NCBI GenBank assembly: GCA_035561095.1
Contig: DATMYE010000042.1
Coordinates: 79,994 to 143,993, forward strand
Direction of reading: 5' to 3'
DNA: 64,000 nt
Source of the DNA: Clostridia bacterium
GTDB lineage: Bacteria > Bacillota > Clostridia > Christensenellales > CAG-138
Below are positions 35,351 through 45,205 of this stretch, piece by piece. The position numbers and the translations under genes were made by a program. The notes under the pieces are model-generated. The model did no database searches. It had not been told where the DNA came from and saw nothing but the letters and a program-made list of their open reading frames with translations. The stretch's first letter is position 1, and each line of letters starts with the position of its first letter.

Positions 35351-36800
35351 TCTTTCCTTCCGCTTCCCTGACCTCAGCGTCAGGCAAACACAACATTTGC
35401 TCACCGGCGTGTCATTCCTTCCGCTCGCTTCTTCCGCCGCGCGGAAAATCCGCGCTACTGTGATGAAAGAAGCCGCGCCGCGGGCGCTCGCTCGCAACCG
35501 CATCCGCAAAACATTTCTGCCCATCGCGGCGTGTCTGCTCGCAGTTGTGATGTTCTCTCTCGCGTTTCCGAAGGCCGCTCTTGCGGTTTCCGAATTCATC
35601 GGGCGCATCTTTACCCCAAGCCGGTATATGAATCAAGACCCGGCGGAACGCACGCCTGTTCCGTCGATCGACGAGGCAATTGCCGCCGCGGCGCCTGCTG
35701 ATGGAGACTACACCATTACACTCTTGTCTGAGTTGCCGAACGCACAGGAGTTTATCGATTATCGTACGCAGAACGGTCTGCCGGAATTCTCGGAGGAGAA
35801 CTGGGGATGGTTGCGCAATATCCGTCCGGAGATTGCAGAGGTGCTTTATGACGGAAATCAGCTGATTTGGAACACGAATCTTTACACGACCAACGAGCAC
35901 GTAAGGGAGTTTATGGAAGGGTTTGGTATGAAATCCGGAAGTAAATTGTCGGTCGACGCATTGATGGACGATGTCACCTATACGGTGGCGGGAGACCCAA
36001 ATGTGTATGAGCTCCAGGTCAGCGGGCACGGCATCACGCCGATTCAGGATGATGCATCGCTTGCGGCTGCCGATCACGTTGTTCTGTACTCTGATTTTGA
36101 CATCGATCCGGAGCAACCGTTGCCCGATGGTGTGCTGACCATTACGCAAAACATCCGTGTCTGCGAAAACGACGCGATGGACTACGGCGCGACGGTTGCG
36201 ATCATCACGCACACGTTCACTTTTGACACAACGAAGGGAAATACGCAATCTGCTGAGGATGCAGAAACACTCATTCCTCTTTCCGGAGAGTACTACCTCA
36301 CCATCACGCATAATGGCGAGGGCAATGAATCCTCGACAATGGAAACCAAGAAGGTCTCTCTAGATGGTATTCAGCTCAAAGCGTGCTATGAATATCTTCC
36401 TACCGGCATTATCGCGCACATCACGCTCGCAGAAGCTCCTGATCATTGGACAAGCGATATGATCAGCAGTCTCTTGGAAGTAACATGGCGTGATATATAT
36501 GATAAGTTCACCAAAGACGGGATTGCAAACGATCTATACATCGATGATACATTTGCGTCCGAAGCTCCGGTTCCGGATCGTTTCGGACTTGATGAGCTCA
36601 CTTTCATCCTGCCCGTTTTTCCCGATCAATACGAAAGCAGTCCTTCTGTCGTCATGAAACTCTACCTTGCTTACATCGAGACTTATAATGGAACCGACTT
36701 GCTTAACGGCGAACTATACACGCGTCAAAGCGGAGAGGTAAAGACTCAAACCAACTTTGCTCCCCTCGTCGAAATCCCCGTCCCGTTGCCGAAAAGCTAA
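35340..36800 (+). CDS. Putative anti-sigma factor (single-pass membrane protein with large extracytoplasmic domain)
   Basis: The start overlaps the sigma gene stop by 11 nt. A short cytoplasmic N-terminus is followed by one TM (FLPIAACLLAVVMFSLAF) and about 400 aa outside. This is the usual architecture of ECF partners in Firmicutes. Confidence 0.65.
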   Translation: MENNLSFRFPDLSVRQTQHLLTGVSFLPLASSAARKIRATVMKEAAPRALARNRIRKTFLPIAACLLAVVMFSLAFPKAALAVSEFIGRIFTPSRYMNQDPAERTPVPSIDEAIAAAAPADGDYTITLLSELPNAQEFIDYRTQNGLPEFSEENWGWLRNIRPEIAEVLYDGNQLIWNTNLYTTNEHVREFMEGFGMKSGSKLSVDALMDDVTYTVAGDPNVYELQVSGHGITPIQDDASLAAADHVVLYSDFDIDPEQPLPDGVLTITQNIRVCENDAMDYGATVAIITHTFTFDTTKGNTQSAEDAETLIPLSGEYYLTITHNGEGNESSTMETKKVSLDGIQLKACYEYLPTGIIAHITLAEAPDHWTSDMISSLLEVTWRDIYDKFTKDGIANDLYIDDTFASEAPVPDRFGLDELTFILPVFPDQYESSPSVVMKLYLAYIETYNGTDLLNGELYTRQSGEVKTQTNFAPLVEIPVPLPKS

Positions 36801-36813
36801 ACAAACGCAACTG

Positions 36814-36852
36814 AAAAAGGGTGCCGTCAGTCGACGGCACCCTTTTGTGTTT
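36814..36852. terminator. Bidirectional terminator
   Basis: AAGGGTGCCGTC-AGTC-GACGGCACCCTT hairpin flanked by an A-run and a T-rich run. Confidence 0.7.
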
Positions 36853-36863
36853 CTCTTAATTAC

Positions 36864-38477
36864 TCAGCTCCAAAGCTCCCGCATGCGCTTCACGTCTTCG
36901 TTCTCGATGTATTCGTCATATGCCTCGCGCTTGTCTATCACGCCGCCGGGGAGAATCTCCATGATGCGGTTTGCGACCGTCTGTGTGATCTGATGATCGT
37001 GCGAGGTAAAGAGCATCACGCCCGTGAACTCTGTCATGCCTTCGTTGAGCGCGGTGATCGCCTCAAGGTCGAGGTGGTTCGTCGGCTCGTCGAGCAGCAG
37101 CACGTTTGCGCCGGAGAGCATCATCTTGGCGAGGATGCAGCGGTTCTTCTCTCCGCCGGAGAGCACGCGCGCTTCCTTGAGCGCTTCCTCGCCGGAGAAG
37201 AGCAGCCGTCCCAGCCAGCCGCGGATCGTGGTCTCGTACTGATCTTTGGAAAACTGCCGCAGCCAATCGACCAGCGAATACGTCACGCCGTCGAAATACG
37301 CGCTGTTGTCGCTCGGCATATACGACTGCGTGATGGTCACGCCCCACTTGAAGCTGCCGGAATCCGGCTCCATCTCGCCCATCAGGATCTGGAACAGCGT
37401 CGTGCGCGCGAGTTCATCCTCGCCCACAAACGCGATCTTGTCCCCGCCGACGACCACAAAGCTCACGTTGTTGAGCACGTTTCTGCCGCCGATGTTTTTC
37501 GTGAGGTTATTCACGGAGAGGATGTCGTTGCCCACCTCGCGGTCGGGCTTGAAGTGGATAAACGGATATCTGCGCGAGGACGGCGCGAAGTTGCCCATGT
37601 CGAGGTTATCGAGCATCTTCTTGCGCGAGGTCGCCTGCTTACTCTTGCTGGCGTTCGCGGAGAAGCGCATGATGAACTCCTGCAGTTCTTTCGCCTTCTG
37701 CTCGTTCTGCTTGCGCTTGTCCTTTTCCTGACGCGCGGCAAGCTGTGTGTATTCATACCAGAAATCGTAGTTGCCGACGTACATCTGCATCTTGCTGTAG
37801 TCGATGTCCACGATGTGCGTGCAGACCTTGTTCAAAAAATGGCGGTCATGGGAGACGACGATGACCGTATTCGGAAAATCGAGCAAAAACTCTTCGAGCC
37901 AATGGATGGCGTAGATGTCGAGGTTGTTCGTCGGTTCGTCGAGCAGCAGGATGTCCGGCTTTGCAAACAACGCCTGCGCAAGCAGCACCTTGACCTTGAC
38001 CGGACCGTCCAGCTCCGACATGGGCGCATAGTGCAGCTCGCCGGGGATGCCGAGGCCGTTGAGCAGGATTTCGACGTTCGATTCCGCGCTCCAGCCGTCG
38101 CGCTCGGCAAACTCGCCTTCGAGCTCGGCAAGGCGGATGCCGTCCTCGTCGTTGAAGTCCGCTTTCGCGTAGAGCTCTTCCTTTAGCTGCGTGAGTTCAT
38201 ACAGCCGCTCATAGCCCATGATGACCGTCTCCATGACGGTGTACTGGTCGAACGCATAGTGATCCTGCCGGAGCACCGCGATGCGTTCGCCGGGGGTCAC
38301 GGAGATTTCGCCCTTGTTCGGCTCCAGCTCGCCGGAGAGGATGCGGAGAAACGTCGATTTCCCCGTGCCGTTCGCGCCGATGAGGCCGTAGCAATTGCCG
38401 TTGGTAAACTGTATATCCACGTGTTCAAACAGCGGCCGTCCGCCGAATTGAAGGGATACGTTGCGTGCGCTGATCAT
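36864..38477 (-). CDS. ABC-F family ATPase (YbiT-like)
   Basis: 537 aa with two ABC cassettes and no TM domain. It is near-colinear with E. coli YbiT (GLIGANGTGKSTFLRIL..., LLLDEPTNNLD, FSANASKSKQATSRKK, LSGGEKNR). Confidence 0.9.
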   Translation of the reverse strand: MISARNVSLQFGGRPLFEHVDIQFTNGNCYGLIGANGTGKSTFLRILSGELEPNKGEISVTPGERIAVLRQDHYAFDQYTVMETVIMGYERLYELTQLKEELYAKADFNDEDGIRLAELEGEFAERDGWSAESNVEILLNGLGIPGELHYAPMSELDGPVKVKVLLAQALFAKPDILLLDEPTNNLDIYAIHWLEEFLLDFPNTVIVVSHDRHFLNKVCTHIVDIDYSKMQMYVGNYDFWYEYTQLAARQEKDKRKQNEQKAKELQEFIMRFSANASKSKQATSRKKMLDNLDMGNFAPSSRRYPFIHFKPDREVGNDILSVNNLTKNIGGRNVLNNVSFVVVGGDKIAFVGEDELARTTLFQILMGEMEPDSGSFKWGVTITQSYMPSDNSAYFDGVTYSLVDWLRQFSKDQYETTIRGWLGRLLFSGEEALKEARVLSGGEKNRCILAKMMLSGANVLLLDEPTNHLDLEAITALNEGMTEFTGVMLFTSHDHQITQTVANRIMEILPGGVIDKREAYDEYIENEDVKRMRELWS

Positions 38478-38530
38478 GATATCTTACCTGCTTTCCTGTC
38501 AAAACAACCGATATCATACCACAGATTGCC

Positions 38531-38559
38531 GAAAAAACCTAGAAAAACCGCGCGTTTTC
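38531..38559 (-). terminator. Terminator after the HD-domain gene
   Basis: The minus strand reads GAGAAAACGCGCGGTTTTTC followed by TAGGTTTTTT, directly after the TGA at 38560-38562. Confidence 0.45.
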
Positions 38560-39048
38560 TCAGGAAAAGTACAGCTGATTCATCAGTTCGATGCCGGTGT
38601 TGGTGCGGAAGAGCTTCTCCCGCACAGTGCGGATCGCGTCCTCGTCCATCTCGTCCTCGAAAGCGTTGACAAGGAAGTCCGCCTCGATCAGAATCTGGTA
38701 GTCCATGCCCTGAATATCCGTGTAGGTGTGGTGGTGCGCGATCAGCCAGCAGACGCGCTCGATGACCGCTTCGTCGGCGCCGAGTGACGCAAGCAGCGCC
38801 CGCGCTTCCGGTGGGCCCTCCTGCTGCTGATGCTCGCCGGAGCAGTTGCCGTATTTGCGCTCGCTGTTGCGGATGCCGATGTCGTGCGTCAGCGCGGCGA
38901 TCTCGAGTATCTCCTGCGTGCGCGCGTCCAGTCCCTCCCGCTCGCCGATGGTCCTGGCAAAGCCGTATACCTTGAGCAGGTGGTTGACCCGCCGCGCGTC
39001 GCCCGCGTTGTAGACGACCATAGCCGCCGAAACATCTCCGCTCTTCAT
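38560..39048 (-). CDS. HD-domain phosphohydrolase
   Basis: ORF track 38560..39153. ATG 39048 follows AAAGAGGG. The motif H...HD (LTHDIG) and a later HHH are present. Confidence 0.75.
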   Translation of the reverse strand: MKSGDVSAAMVVYNAGDARRVNHLLKVYGFARTIGEREGLDARTQEILEIAALTHDIGIRNSERKYGNCSGEHQQQEGPPEARALLASLGADEAVIERVCWLIAHHHTYTDIQGMDYQILIEADFLVNAFEDEMDEDAIRTVREKLFRTNTGIELMNQLYFS

Positions 39049-39215
39049 GCTGCGCCCTCTTTCACGTTCACTTTCCTGTATTCTACCCGCTTTTGCGCGC
39101 CGCGTACAGCGAGAATCAAAAGTTCTGTGCGGTTGACCTTGTTTGCGATACAATCTCTGGTGTAAGATTGGATGACGGCTCTTTCAGCCGATTTTGATTC
39201 CGACAAAGGTATTTC

Positions 39216-40286
39216 ATGGAGAGCAATTCCGTTCCGGAAAAACAACCGGTTCAGCCGATGCGCATATCCGACACGTTTGCCATCAAACAGGGTCTGATGG
39301 GCTTTGCCGCGCTGTGGATCTATATCTACCACGTCTGGCAGCCGATGTTCGGCGCGGTTCCTGTGCTCGGGCGGCTGGAAGCGATCGTCAAATACGTCGG
39401 CTTTTCCGGCGTGGATCTCTTCTTCTTCCTCTCCGGCGGCGGGCTGGTGTTTTCGATTCAAAAGGGCACAATCTGGCGCTTCTATCAGCGGAGGCTCGAG
39501 CGCATCCTGATTCCGTATCTGATCCTCGGCGTCTGCTTCGCGCTTGCGTATCAGTGGAGCTTCCCGCTGTTTCTCGCGCGTATCTCCGGCGTCTATTTCT
39601 ACACGAAGTCGATGTATGGCTTCTTGTGGTATATCCCCGCGATCCTGACATTCTACCTCTTCTTCCCTGCCTACTACGCGCTCTTCTCGCGCAGCAAAAA
39701 CCGCACGCTGTTCACCGCAATCGTGCTCGCGGTTTGGCTTGCGCTTTCGATTCTGCTCAAAAACACCCTGCGTGAAGACCTCTATGGCTTCACCAACCGC
39801 ATCCCGATCTTCCTCATCGGCGTTTATTGCGGGCAGAAAACGAAGGATGGAAACGATACACTTCCGCGCTGGTTCGCGCTCGTTTCCGCGGGGCTGCTGC
39901 TCGGCGGTATCGCGCTGAGTTACCTGACCAACGTGAGAAAGGTCGAGCTCCTCTTCCCCGTTTCCAACGCGGCGTTTCCGAATATCCTGCTCACGCTCGG
40001 CATCGCATTTCTCGTGCCGTGGATTGGCAAGCGGGTCATCCGGCGTCCGCTGCCGCTGTTATCGCGCTTCTTCGGGTTCTTCGGCATGATCAGCCTGACG
40101 TTCTATTGCACGCAGGAGCTGCTCTTAAACCTCTATGGCCGTGTGGTCGGGCTTCATCATCCGCTGCTCGATAATCTTGGGCTGTTCGCGCTCGTCACTT
40201 GCGCGAGCTATCTGCTGTATCGTCTGGTCGAGTGGCTACTGCGTCTGCTCAAAGGCAAGCCCGCGCAGCCGAAAACCGAATCCTGA
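39216..40286 (+). CDS. Acyltransferase family 3 (membrane O-acyltransferase)
   Basis: About 10 TMs. The N-terminal pattern GLMGFAALWIYIYHVW...GVDLFFFLSG is typical of Acyl_transf_3. Confidence 0.85.
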   Translation: MESNSVPEKQPVQPMRISDTFAIKQGLMGFAALWIYIYHVWQPMFGAVPVLGRLEAIVKYVGFSGVDLFFFLSGGGLVFSIQKGTIWRFYQRRLERILIPYLILGVCFALAYQWSFPLFLARISGVYFYTKSMYGFLWYIPAILTFYLFFPAYYALFSRSKNRTLFTAIVLAVWLALSILLKNTLREDLYGFTNRIPIFLIGVYCGQKTKDGNDTLPRWFALVSAGLLLGGIALSYLTNVRKVELLFPVSNAAFPNILLTLGIAFLVPWIGKRVIRRPLPLLSRFFGFFGMISLTFYCTQELLLNLYGRVVGLHHPLLDNLGLFALVTCASYLLYRLVEWLLRLLKGKPAQPKTES

Positions 40287-40289
40287 ATA

Positions 40290-40322
40290 ACAAAAAACGA
40301 AGCATGCGCTTCGTTTTTTTGT
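40290..40322. terminator. Bidirectional terminator
   Basis: AACGAAGC-ATGC-GCTTCGTT hairpin flanked by A6 and T7. Confidence 0.7.
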
Positions 40323-40326
40323 TGCG

Positions 40327-41367
40327 TTACTTGTGCTCCTGTTCGTGCTTTAAGAGCCAGTCCTTTCGCCAGAGCCCGCCGCCGTAGCCGGTCAGCGCGC
40401 CGGTAGCTCCAATCACACGATGGCACGGAATCATGATCGCGATGCGATTCATGCCGTTTGCGGTGCCCACCGCGCGCACCGCCTTGGGTTCGCCCATCGC
40501 GGACGCGATCTCGCCGTAGGAACGGATTTCGCCAAACGGAATCTTCCGCAGCTGCGCCCAGACGCGCTGCTGAAAGTCCGTTCCCGTCGCGTGCAGCGGC
40601 ACGGAGAATGTCTTCCTCGTGCCCGCAAAGTACTCCGTGATCTGCCGGATCGCTTCTTTGGTCAGTTCGTTTGATCCGGGCAGCAGCACTGCGCTGAGCC
40701 GCTTCTGCAGATCGGTAAACTCGCTCTCCAGCATGCGCCGATCGCCAAACTCCAAGAGGCAAAGCCCCTGTTCGCTCGTGACCGCGACCATCGGCCCAAG
40801 CGGCGCATCGAATCGCTCGTAGATCAGCACGTTATTGGGTTTCTTCTTCGCCTTGCCGGGCGCCTGGCCTACGATCTTGTCAAACGCGCTGGAAAACCCG
40901 CTGGTCGAAGCGTACCCGCTGTCCAGCGCCGCGTCCAGCACACTGTTGCCGTCGCGGATCGCGCCGAACGCCGTGTTGATCCGGTTCATTCGGCAAAACG
41001 CCTGAAAGGTCATGCCGTAGTGCTTCTGAAACCATCTGCGCAGGGTGTTGGGGTCAAACCCGCGCTGTTTGAGCTCCCATTCCGTGATTCGGAACTGCGG
41101 GTTTGCCTGCACTTCGGCAAGCAGCGCCGCGATCTCCTGCGGAATATGATCCGCGCTCTCCATGGGTCTGCAGATTTTGCACGGGCGGTAGCCCGCGGAC
41201 AGCGCATCGTGAATCGAATCATAAAAACGCACGTTCTCGCGTTTGGGTTTGCGCGCGGTGCAGGTCGTCCGGCAGAAGATGCCGGTGGTCTTCACAGCCG
41301 CGAAAAACGCGCCGTCGTACGCGGGGTCTTTCTCCACCAGTGCGGTGTATTTTTCTTGTTCTGTCAT
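40327..41367 (-). CDS. ada: Bifunctional Ada-type regulator / methylated-DNA-protein-cysteine methyltransferase
   Basis: The N-terminus is an Ada Zn-binding domain (FCRTTCTARKPKRENVRFYD...YRPCKICRP). It is followed by an AraC-type HTH and a C-terminal MGMT domain with the PCHRV active site. Confidence 0.88.
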   Translation of the reverse strand: MTEQEKYTALVEKDPAYDGAFFAAVKTTGIFCRTTCTARKPKRENVRFYDSIHDALSAGYRPCKICRPMESADHIPQEIAALLAEVQANPQFRITEWELKQRGFDPNTLRRWFQKHYGMTFQAFCRMNRINTAFGAIRDGNSVLDAALDSGYASTSGFSSAFDKIVGQAPGKAKKKPNNVLIYERFDAPLGPMVAVTSEQGLCLLEFGDRRMLESEFTDLQKRLSAVLLPGSNELTKEAIRQITEYFAGTRKTFSVPLHATGTDFQQRVWAQLRKIPFGEIRSYGEIASAMGEPKAVRAVGTANGMNRIAIMIPCHRVIGATGALTGYGGGLWRKDWLLKHEQEHK

Positions 41368-41567
41368 TGTTTGTCGCCTCGCTTCTGGCGTGAGTATAGC
41401 ACATGTGCCTGCGCGCGCTCCACCGAAAAAACGTCAAGTATGTGGGTTTTATGCTGCCCGTTTTACCGCTCCCCGTGGTAATTTGCGAGAATATATGGTA
41501 TTCTCTATCGGGTATCCGTTGTGTCGATTCATTCGCTGGTTGACCGCGCGCGGTCGGAGAGGATCTC

Positions 41568-43454
41568 ATGGAAAAGCTTCCGAACTGGAACCGCATCTGG
41601 ACATGGATTCTTGCGGCTGGAACAGGCGTCATCGCGGTGTTGTTTGCCGCAAGCCTGCTGTTTCCGGCGTTTGCGCTGTTCCGCGTGAATGTCAGCGGCA
41701 TCAATCTTTGTCATTTTCTCCTGAGCGTCTGGGCGTGGGTTCTGCTCGTATGGCTGTTTTTGCAGGTGAAGGCGCTCACAGGCGTTCATTTTTCACATCA
41801 AAACCGGATCGCGTTTAGTGTCGTTATCCTGCTCGTGCTCGGTTACTATGCGTATAGCGTTGCGACGCGAAGCTTCATCTATTATTGGGATTTTTCAAAT
41901 TATTACCGCAAGCAGATCGACACTGCGGTGAGCTTTCAGGCCGATGGCTTTGCGCTTTCGGTGATCGGCGTGGTCAAAAGCATCTGGTATTTTGCGTATT
42001 CCAGGTTCATCAGCGTCTTCCTTGCGGCGCCATACGCCTTTGTGCCGCAGACGCCGGACTGGTTTGTGACCGTCAGCGCATTTACGATTCTTCCGTTTCT
42101 TTACTGGGCAATCGCAATCTGCCTCAAGCTGCTAGAACAATTTCTGGAGCCGAAGCGCAGCGGGTTATTTTTCGCCGCAGGAATGCTGCTCTGTGGATGC
42201 CTGCCGCTGATCCATCAGGCGCTGCTCTACGGGCAGCCGGACGTACTCGGCCTTGTGTTCGCGCTGCTGATCATCGCGCTGACGGTTTCCTGCGACTTTG
42301 CGAAGCCTGACCCGCTGCGGTACGCGCTGCTTGCGCTCATAACGGTTATGGCAATTGCCACACGCCGCTGGTATCTCTTCTGGGTGGTCGTGTATTACGC
42401 CTGTTACGCCGCGAGTGTTGTCTTGCGCGTGCTGCGCGAAAAACGCACGGACAAGCTCAAGCACTTCCTGACGTTTGCGCTCTTTGCGGGCGGCGCGGTT
42501 TGCGTCATCCTGTTTCCGATGATTTATTCGTTGTTGCGTGCAAACAATGCGGCAAGCTACAGCTTTTATAACGACGGCGGTTTCCCGGTTGAACTGCTCC
42601 ATCAGGCGCATTATCTAGGTATCGGCCTTTTGATTCTCCTGTTTGCCGGTGTCCTCGTCGGCGTAATCCGCAGGAAAACACGCGCGCTTACGCTCTTCGC
42701 GCTGTCGGATCTGCTGCTGACGATGCTTCTCTTTACGCGCATCCAGAACATGGGGTTCCACCACACGCTGATTCTCGTTCCCGCCTATCTGCTGCTGATG
42801 CTCCTGTGCCTTGCGGCTGTCAGCGGGCTGGAAAAGCGTGCCGTCTTCTGCGGTTCTGCGGCGCTCATGCTGGGCTTTTCGCTTGCAAACACTGCCGTCT
42901 GCACGCAGACAAGCACGCAAAAAGACTTCAGTGTGTTCTCTTACACGCCTTTAAAGCTACCGCCGCGCGACGACATTGCGGAGATTCGTGCCGTGAACAG
43001 CTGGATTATCGGGCATTGCTCCGGCGTCGGCAACGATTGCGCGTATATGATTCCGCACGGGCTTCCCTATAATCCGGATATCTTCCGCTGCTGCGATATG
43101 CCGGATCAAAGCGTCAGCATCCGCCTGCCGTATGGCTCCGCGGTGCTCGGCACGCATCCGTTCCCGAACGAGCTGCTGTTGTATCGATACATTCTGACCT
43201 GCGATCCGTTCTGCAACACCAGCATCGCAGAAAAGTTCAACGCCGCATTTCTAAGCGCGATTCCGCAATCGCATTTTACGAAAGTCGCCACGTTCGACAT
43301 GGGCAACGGGTACATCTTCACCGCCTATGAGCGCACAAAGCCCATGGATCGCGAAGAGATTCTGTTCTATCAGGACTATTTTGCAGAGGAAGATGCGCAG
43401 TTTCCGGATCTGTTCTCCGGCGTGCTGGAACCGTTGCTGGAACAAGTCGATTGA
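41568..43454 (+). CDS. Large polytopic membrane protein, function unknown (possibly GT-C-like glycosyltransferase)
   Basis: 628 aa. More than 10 TM segments are followed by a soluble ~200-aa C-terminal domain. The RBS GGAGAGG precedes ATG 41568. The functional assignment is a guess from architecture only. Confidence 0.6.
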   Translation: MEKLPNWNRIWTWILAAGTGVIAVLFAASLLFPAFALFRVNVSGINLCHFLLSVWAWVLLVWLFLQVKALTGVHFSHQNRIAFSVVILLVLGYYAYSVATRSFIYYWDFSNYYRKQIDTAVSFQADGFALSVIGVVKSIWYFAYSRFISVFLAAPYAFVPQTPDWFVTVSAFTILPFLYWAIAICLKLLEQFLEPKRSGLFFAAGMLLCGCLPLIHQALLYGQPDVLGLVFALLIIALTVSCDFAKPDPLRYALLALITVMAIATRRWYLFWVVVYYACYAASVVLRVLREKRTDKLKHFLTFALFAGGAVCVILFPMIYSLLRANNAASYSFYNDGGFPVELLHQAHYLGIGLLILLFAGVLVGVIRRKTRALTLFALSDLLLTMLLFTRIQNMGFHHTLILVPAYLLLMLLCLAAVSGLEKRAVFCGSAALMLGFSLANTAVCTQTSTQKDFSVFSYTPLKLPPRDDIAEIRAVNSWIIGHCSGVGNDCAYMIPHGLPYNPDIFRCCDMPDQSVSIRLPYGSAVLGTHPFPNELLLYRYILTCDPFCNTSIAEKFNAAFLSAIPQSHFTKVATFDMGNGYIFTAYERTKPMDREEILFYQDYFAEEDAQFPDLFSGVLEPLLEQVD

Positions 43455-43495
43455 GCAAGATAGTTGCGTCTGCGCTGATCCGTGCAAGTCAAATA

Positions 43496-43948
43496 TTATT
43501 CAGGATGTTTGCCTGATTTGGCGCTGGCTGAGTCTCTCCAAGTCTTATATTCTGCAACGTCGTCGTGCACGAGTTTGAATGCGAGCGTGAGCACCGCCGC
43601 GTCATCCACAAGCCCAATTGCTGGCAGCAGGTCTGGAATCAAGTCTATTGGACTCAGGAAGTAAAGAAGTGCACCGACTATAGCGATGATGGATCCGATC
43701 GGAATTTCCAGATACCGCTTCTCGATATACGCCTTGACTAGCGCTACTAAAGTCGGGATTTCTGATAATATTCCTCCAACCACTGGAATATGCGCCAATT
43801 TCTTCTCAAGGCGCTCGAGGAGATGATCCATTTTGTCTTTGTCTTCAAGAATCTTCTTTGCCTTCTCCTTGCTCTTCTCAAAACGTGCCTGAACCTCTTC
43901 TTCGGTTAAAACTTCTTCAACCTGAACCTGAGAAATGTCTTCTGTCAT
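43496..43948 (-). CDS. DUF1232 (YkvA-like) family membrane protein
   Basis: YFLSPIDLIPDLLPAIGLVDDAAVL is the DUF1232 signature. The RBS AAGGAGAG is present. The gene looks AT-richer than the flanks. Confidence 0.8.
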   Translation of the reverse strand: MTEDISQVQVEEVLTEEEVQARFEKSKEKAKKILEDKDKMDHLLERLEKKLAHIPVVGGILSEIPTLVALVKAYIEKRYLEIPIGSIIAIVGALLYFLSPIDLIPDLLPAIGLVDDAAVLTLAFKLVHDDVAEYKTWRDSASAKSGKHPE

Positions 43949-44427
43949 ACTAATCTCTCCTTTACATTATTAATTGAATACTACAGGATATCCTTTAAAT
44001 TCACAATAATTAATGTTGGTTTTGCACCAAAATACTACAATATAAGATAAACTTCCTCCATGCAAGTCATTCACTATATGCTATGTTTTTTTCGCGGAAA
44101 GAATTGTATGTAGGTTGTCATTTTTTTGCATGCCATAGCCCTGTTTGTCTTTCTTAAGAGGATAAACAACTTGGGTCCTTTGCATAAATCGAAAATGCAG
44201 TTTTTTGTGTATTCGCATGCCGGTTATGGACATTTTCCCAAATCAACTATACAATAATAAGCGTTTCTGAATGCTGTATTTTTCTTAAGTGCGCCGGAGA
44301 GGAAAAACGAAGTCCTGCGCGCAAAGCGTAATTGAAACTCCTTATGGAAAGAACATCGTTGTGGTTGAAAGACTTAGAAAGTGATTTGTTTCCGGCACTG
44401 ACATTGCCGGGTAGAGAGGGAAAGAAC

Positions 44428-44994
44428 ATGAAAAAGATCATCTGCATTTTTGCAGTTCTGCTGTTGCTAACGGGTTGCGCCTCCGAGAACGGTATCGGCT
44501 TTGGAGCACAGCAGACAAGCAGTCCGTCTCCTGAAGTAGTCGAGGTGACCAGCATCACGGCGACGCCCGAAGTTACCCTGACGCCTGCGCCGACACCGAC
44601 CGCGACGCCCAGCCCGACGCCGCGTTTATACGGCCGTCTTTCCTCGATGACGCTCAAGGAAGACATCGACGAGCTGATCAAAGCGGGCGCGGATATCACG
44701 GACATTGTGGAGTATGATGCTGCTGCCGTCGCAAACTCGGCAACCGGAAAACTGGAAGCGTATACGCAGCGGATCGATTTCACGCTCAACGGGACGATCG
44801 ACTGCGTCGCCGAAGCATATGCGAGCACAGATGCCGCAACAGCGCGCGCGGATTACTACACCCGAATCAGTGAAACTGCCGCCATCGGCGCCTATATCTA
44901 TCAATTTGATATGACGGTCATCCGCGTCAAGAAAACTGCGACACCCGAAGAAGCGGAAGCGTTCAAGCAGCTTCTTGTGCAGGTCGATCAATAA
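44428..44994 (+). CDS. Lipoprotein of unknown function
   Basis: ORF track 44332..44994. ATG 44428 follows AGAGAGGGAAAG. The lipobox is in MKKIICIFAVLLLLTGC, followed by a Thr/Pro-rich linker. Confidence 0.75.
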   Translation: MKKIICIFAVLLLLTGCASENGIGFGAQQTSSPSPEVVEVTSITATPEVTLTPAPTPTATPSPTPRLYGRLSSMTLKEDIDELIKAGADITDIVEYDAAAVANSATGKLEAYTQRIDFTLNGTIDCVAEAYASTDAATARADYYTRISETAAIGAYIYQFDMTVIRVKKTATPEEAEAFKQLLVQVDQ

Positions 44995-45056
44995 AAGCGT
45001 GCTGCGCAGATCAGACGATTGCCACACATCAACTCACTTACGTCTCCAGTGCCACA

Positions 45057-45082
45057 AAGAACCCGCAAGGGTTCTTTTTTTG
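45057..45082 (+). terminator. Rho-independent terminator
   Basis: GAACCC-GCAA-GGGTTC hairpin followed by T7. Confidence 0.7.
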
Positions 45083-45205
45083 CCGTGTTGACGAATCCAA
45101 AGGAGGATGTATGGTTGCATCGCACCTATCGTTTTGCTACAATTCAGACAATTGATAGTTGTCGGTCAACCCATTCAAAATAAGCGGGAAGGACATCGAG
45201 CAACC

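Noticed and set aside
44081-44233. 50-codon minus-strand ORF (MSITGMRIHKKLHFRFMQRTQVVYPLKKDKQGYGMQKNDNLHTILSAKKT) in the 480-bp AT-rich gap. It was considered as a small basic protein or a gene fragment.
   Set aside because: It has no RBS, no recognisable similarity and a very AT-rich context. The support is insufficient to call a gene or pseudogene.
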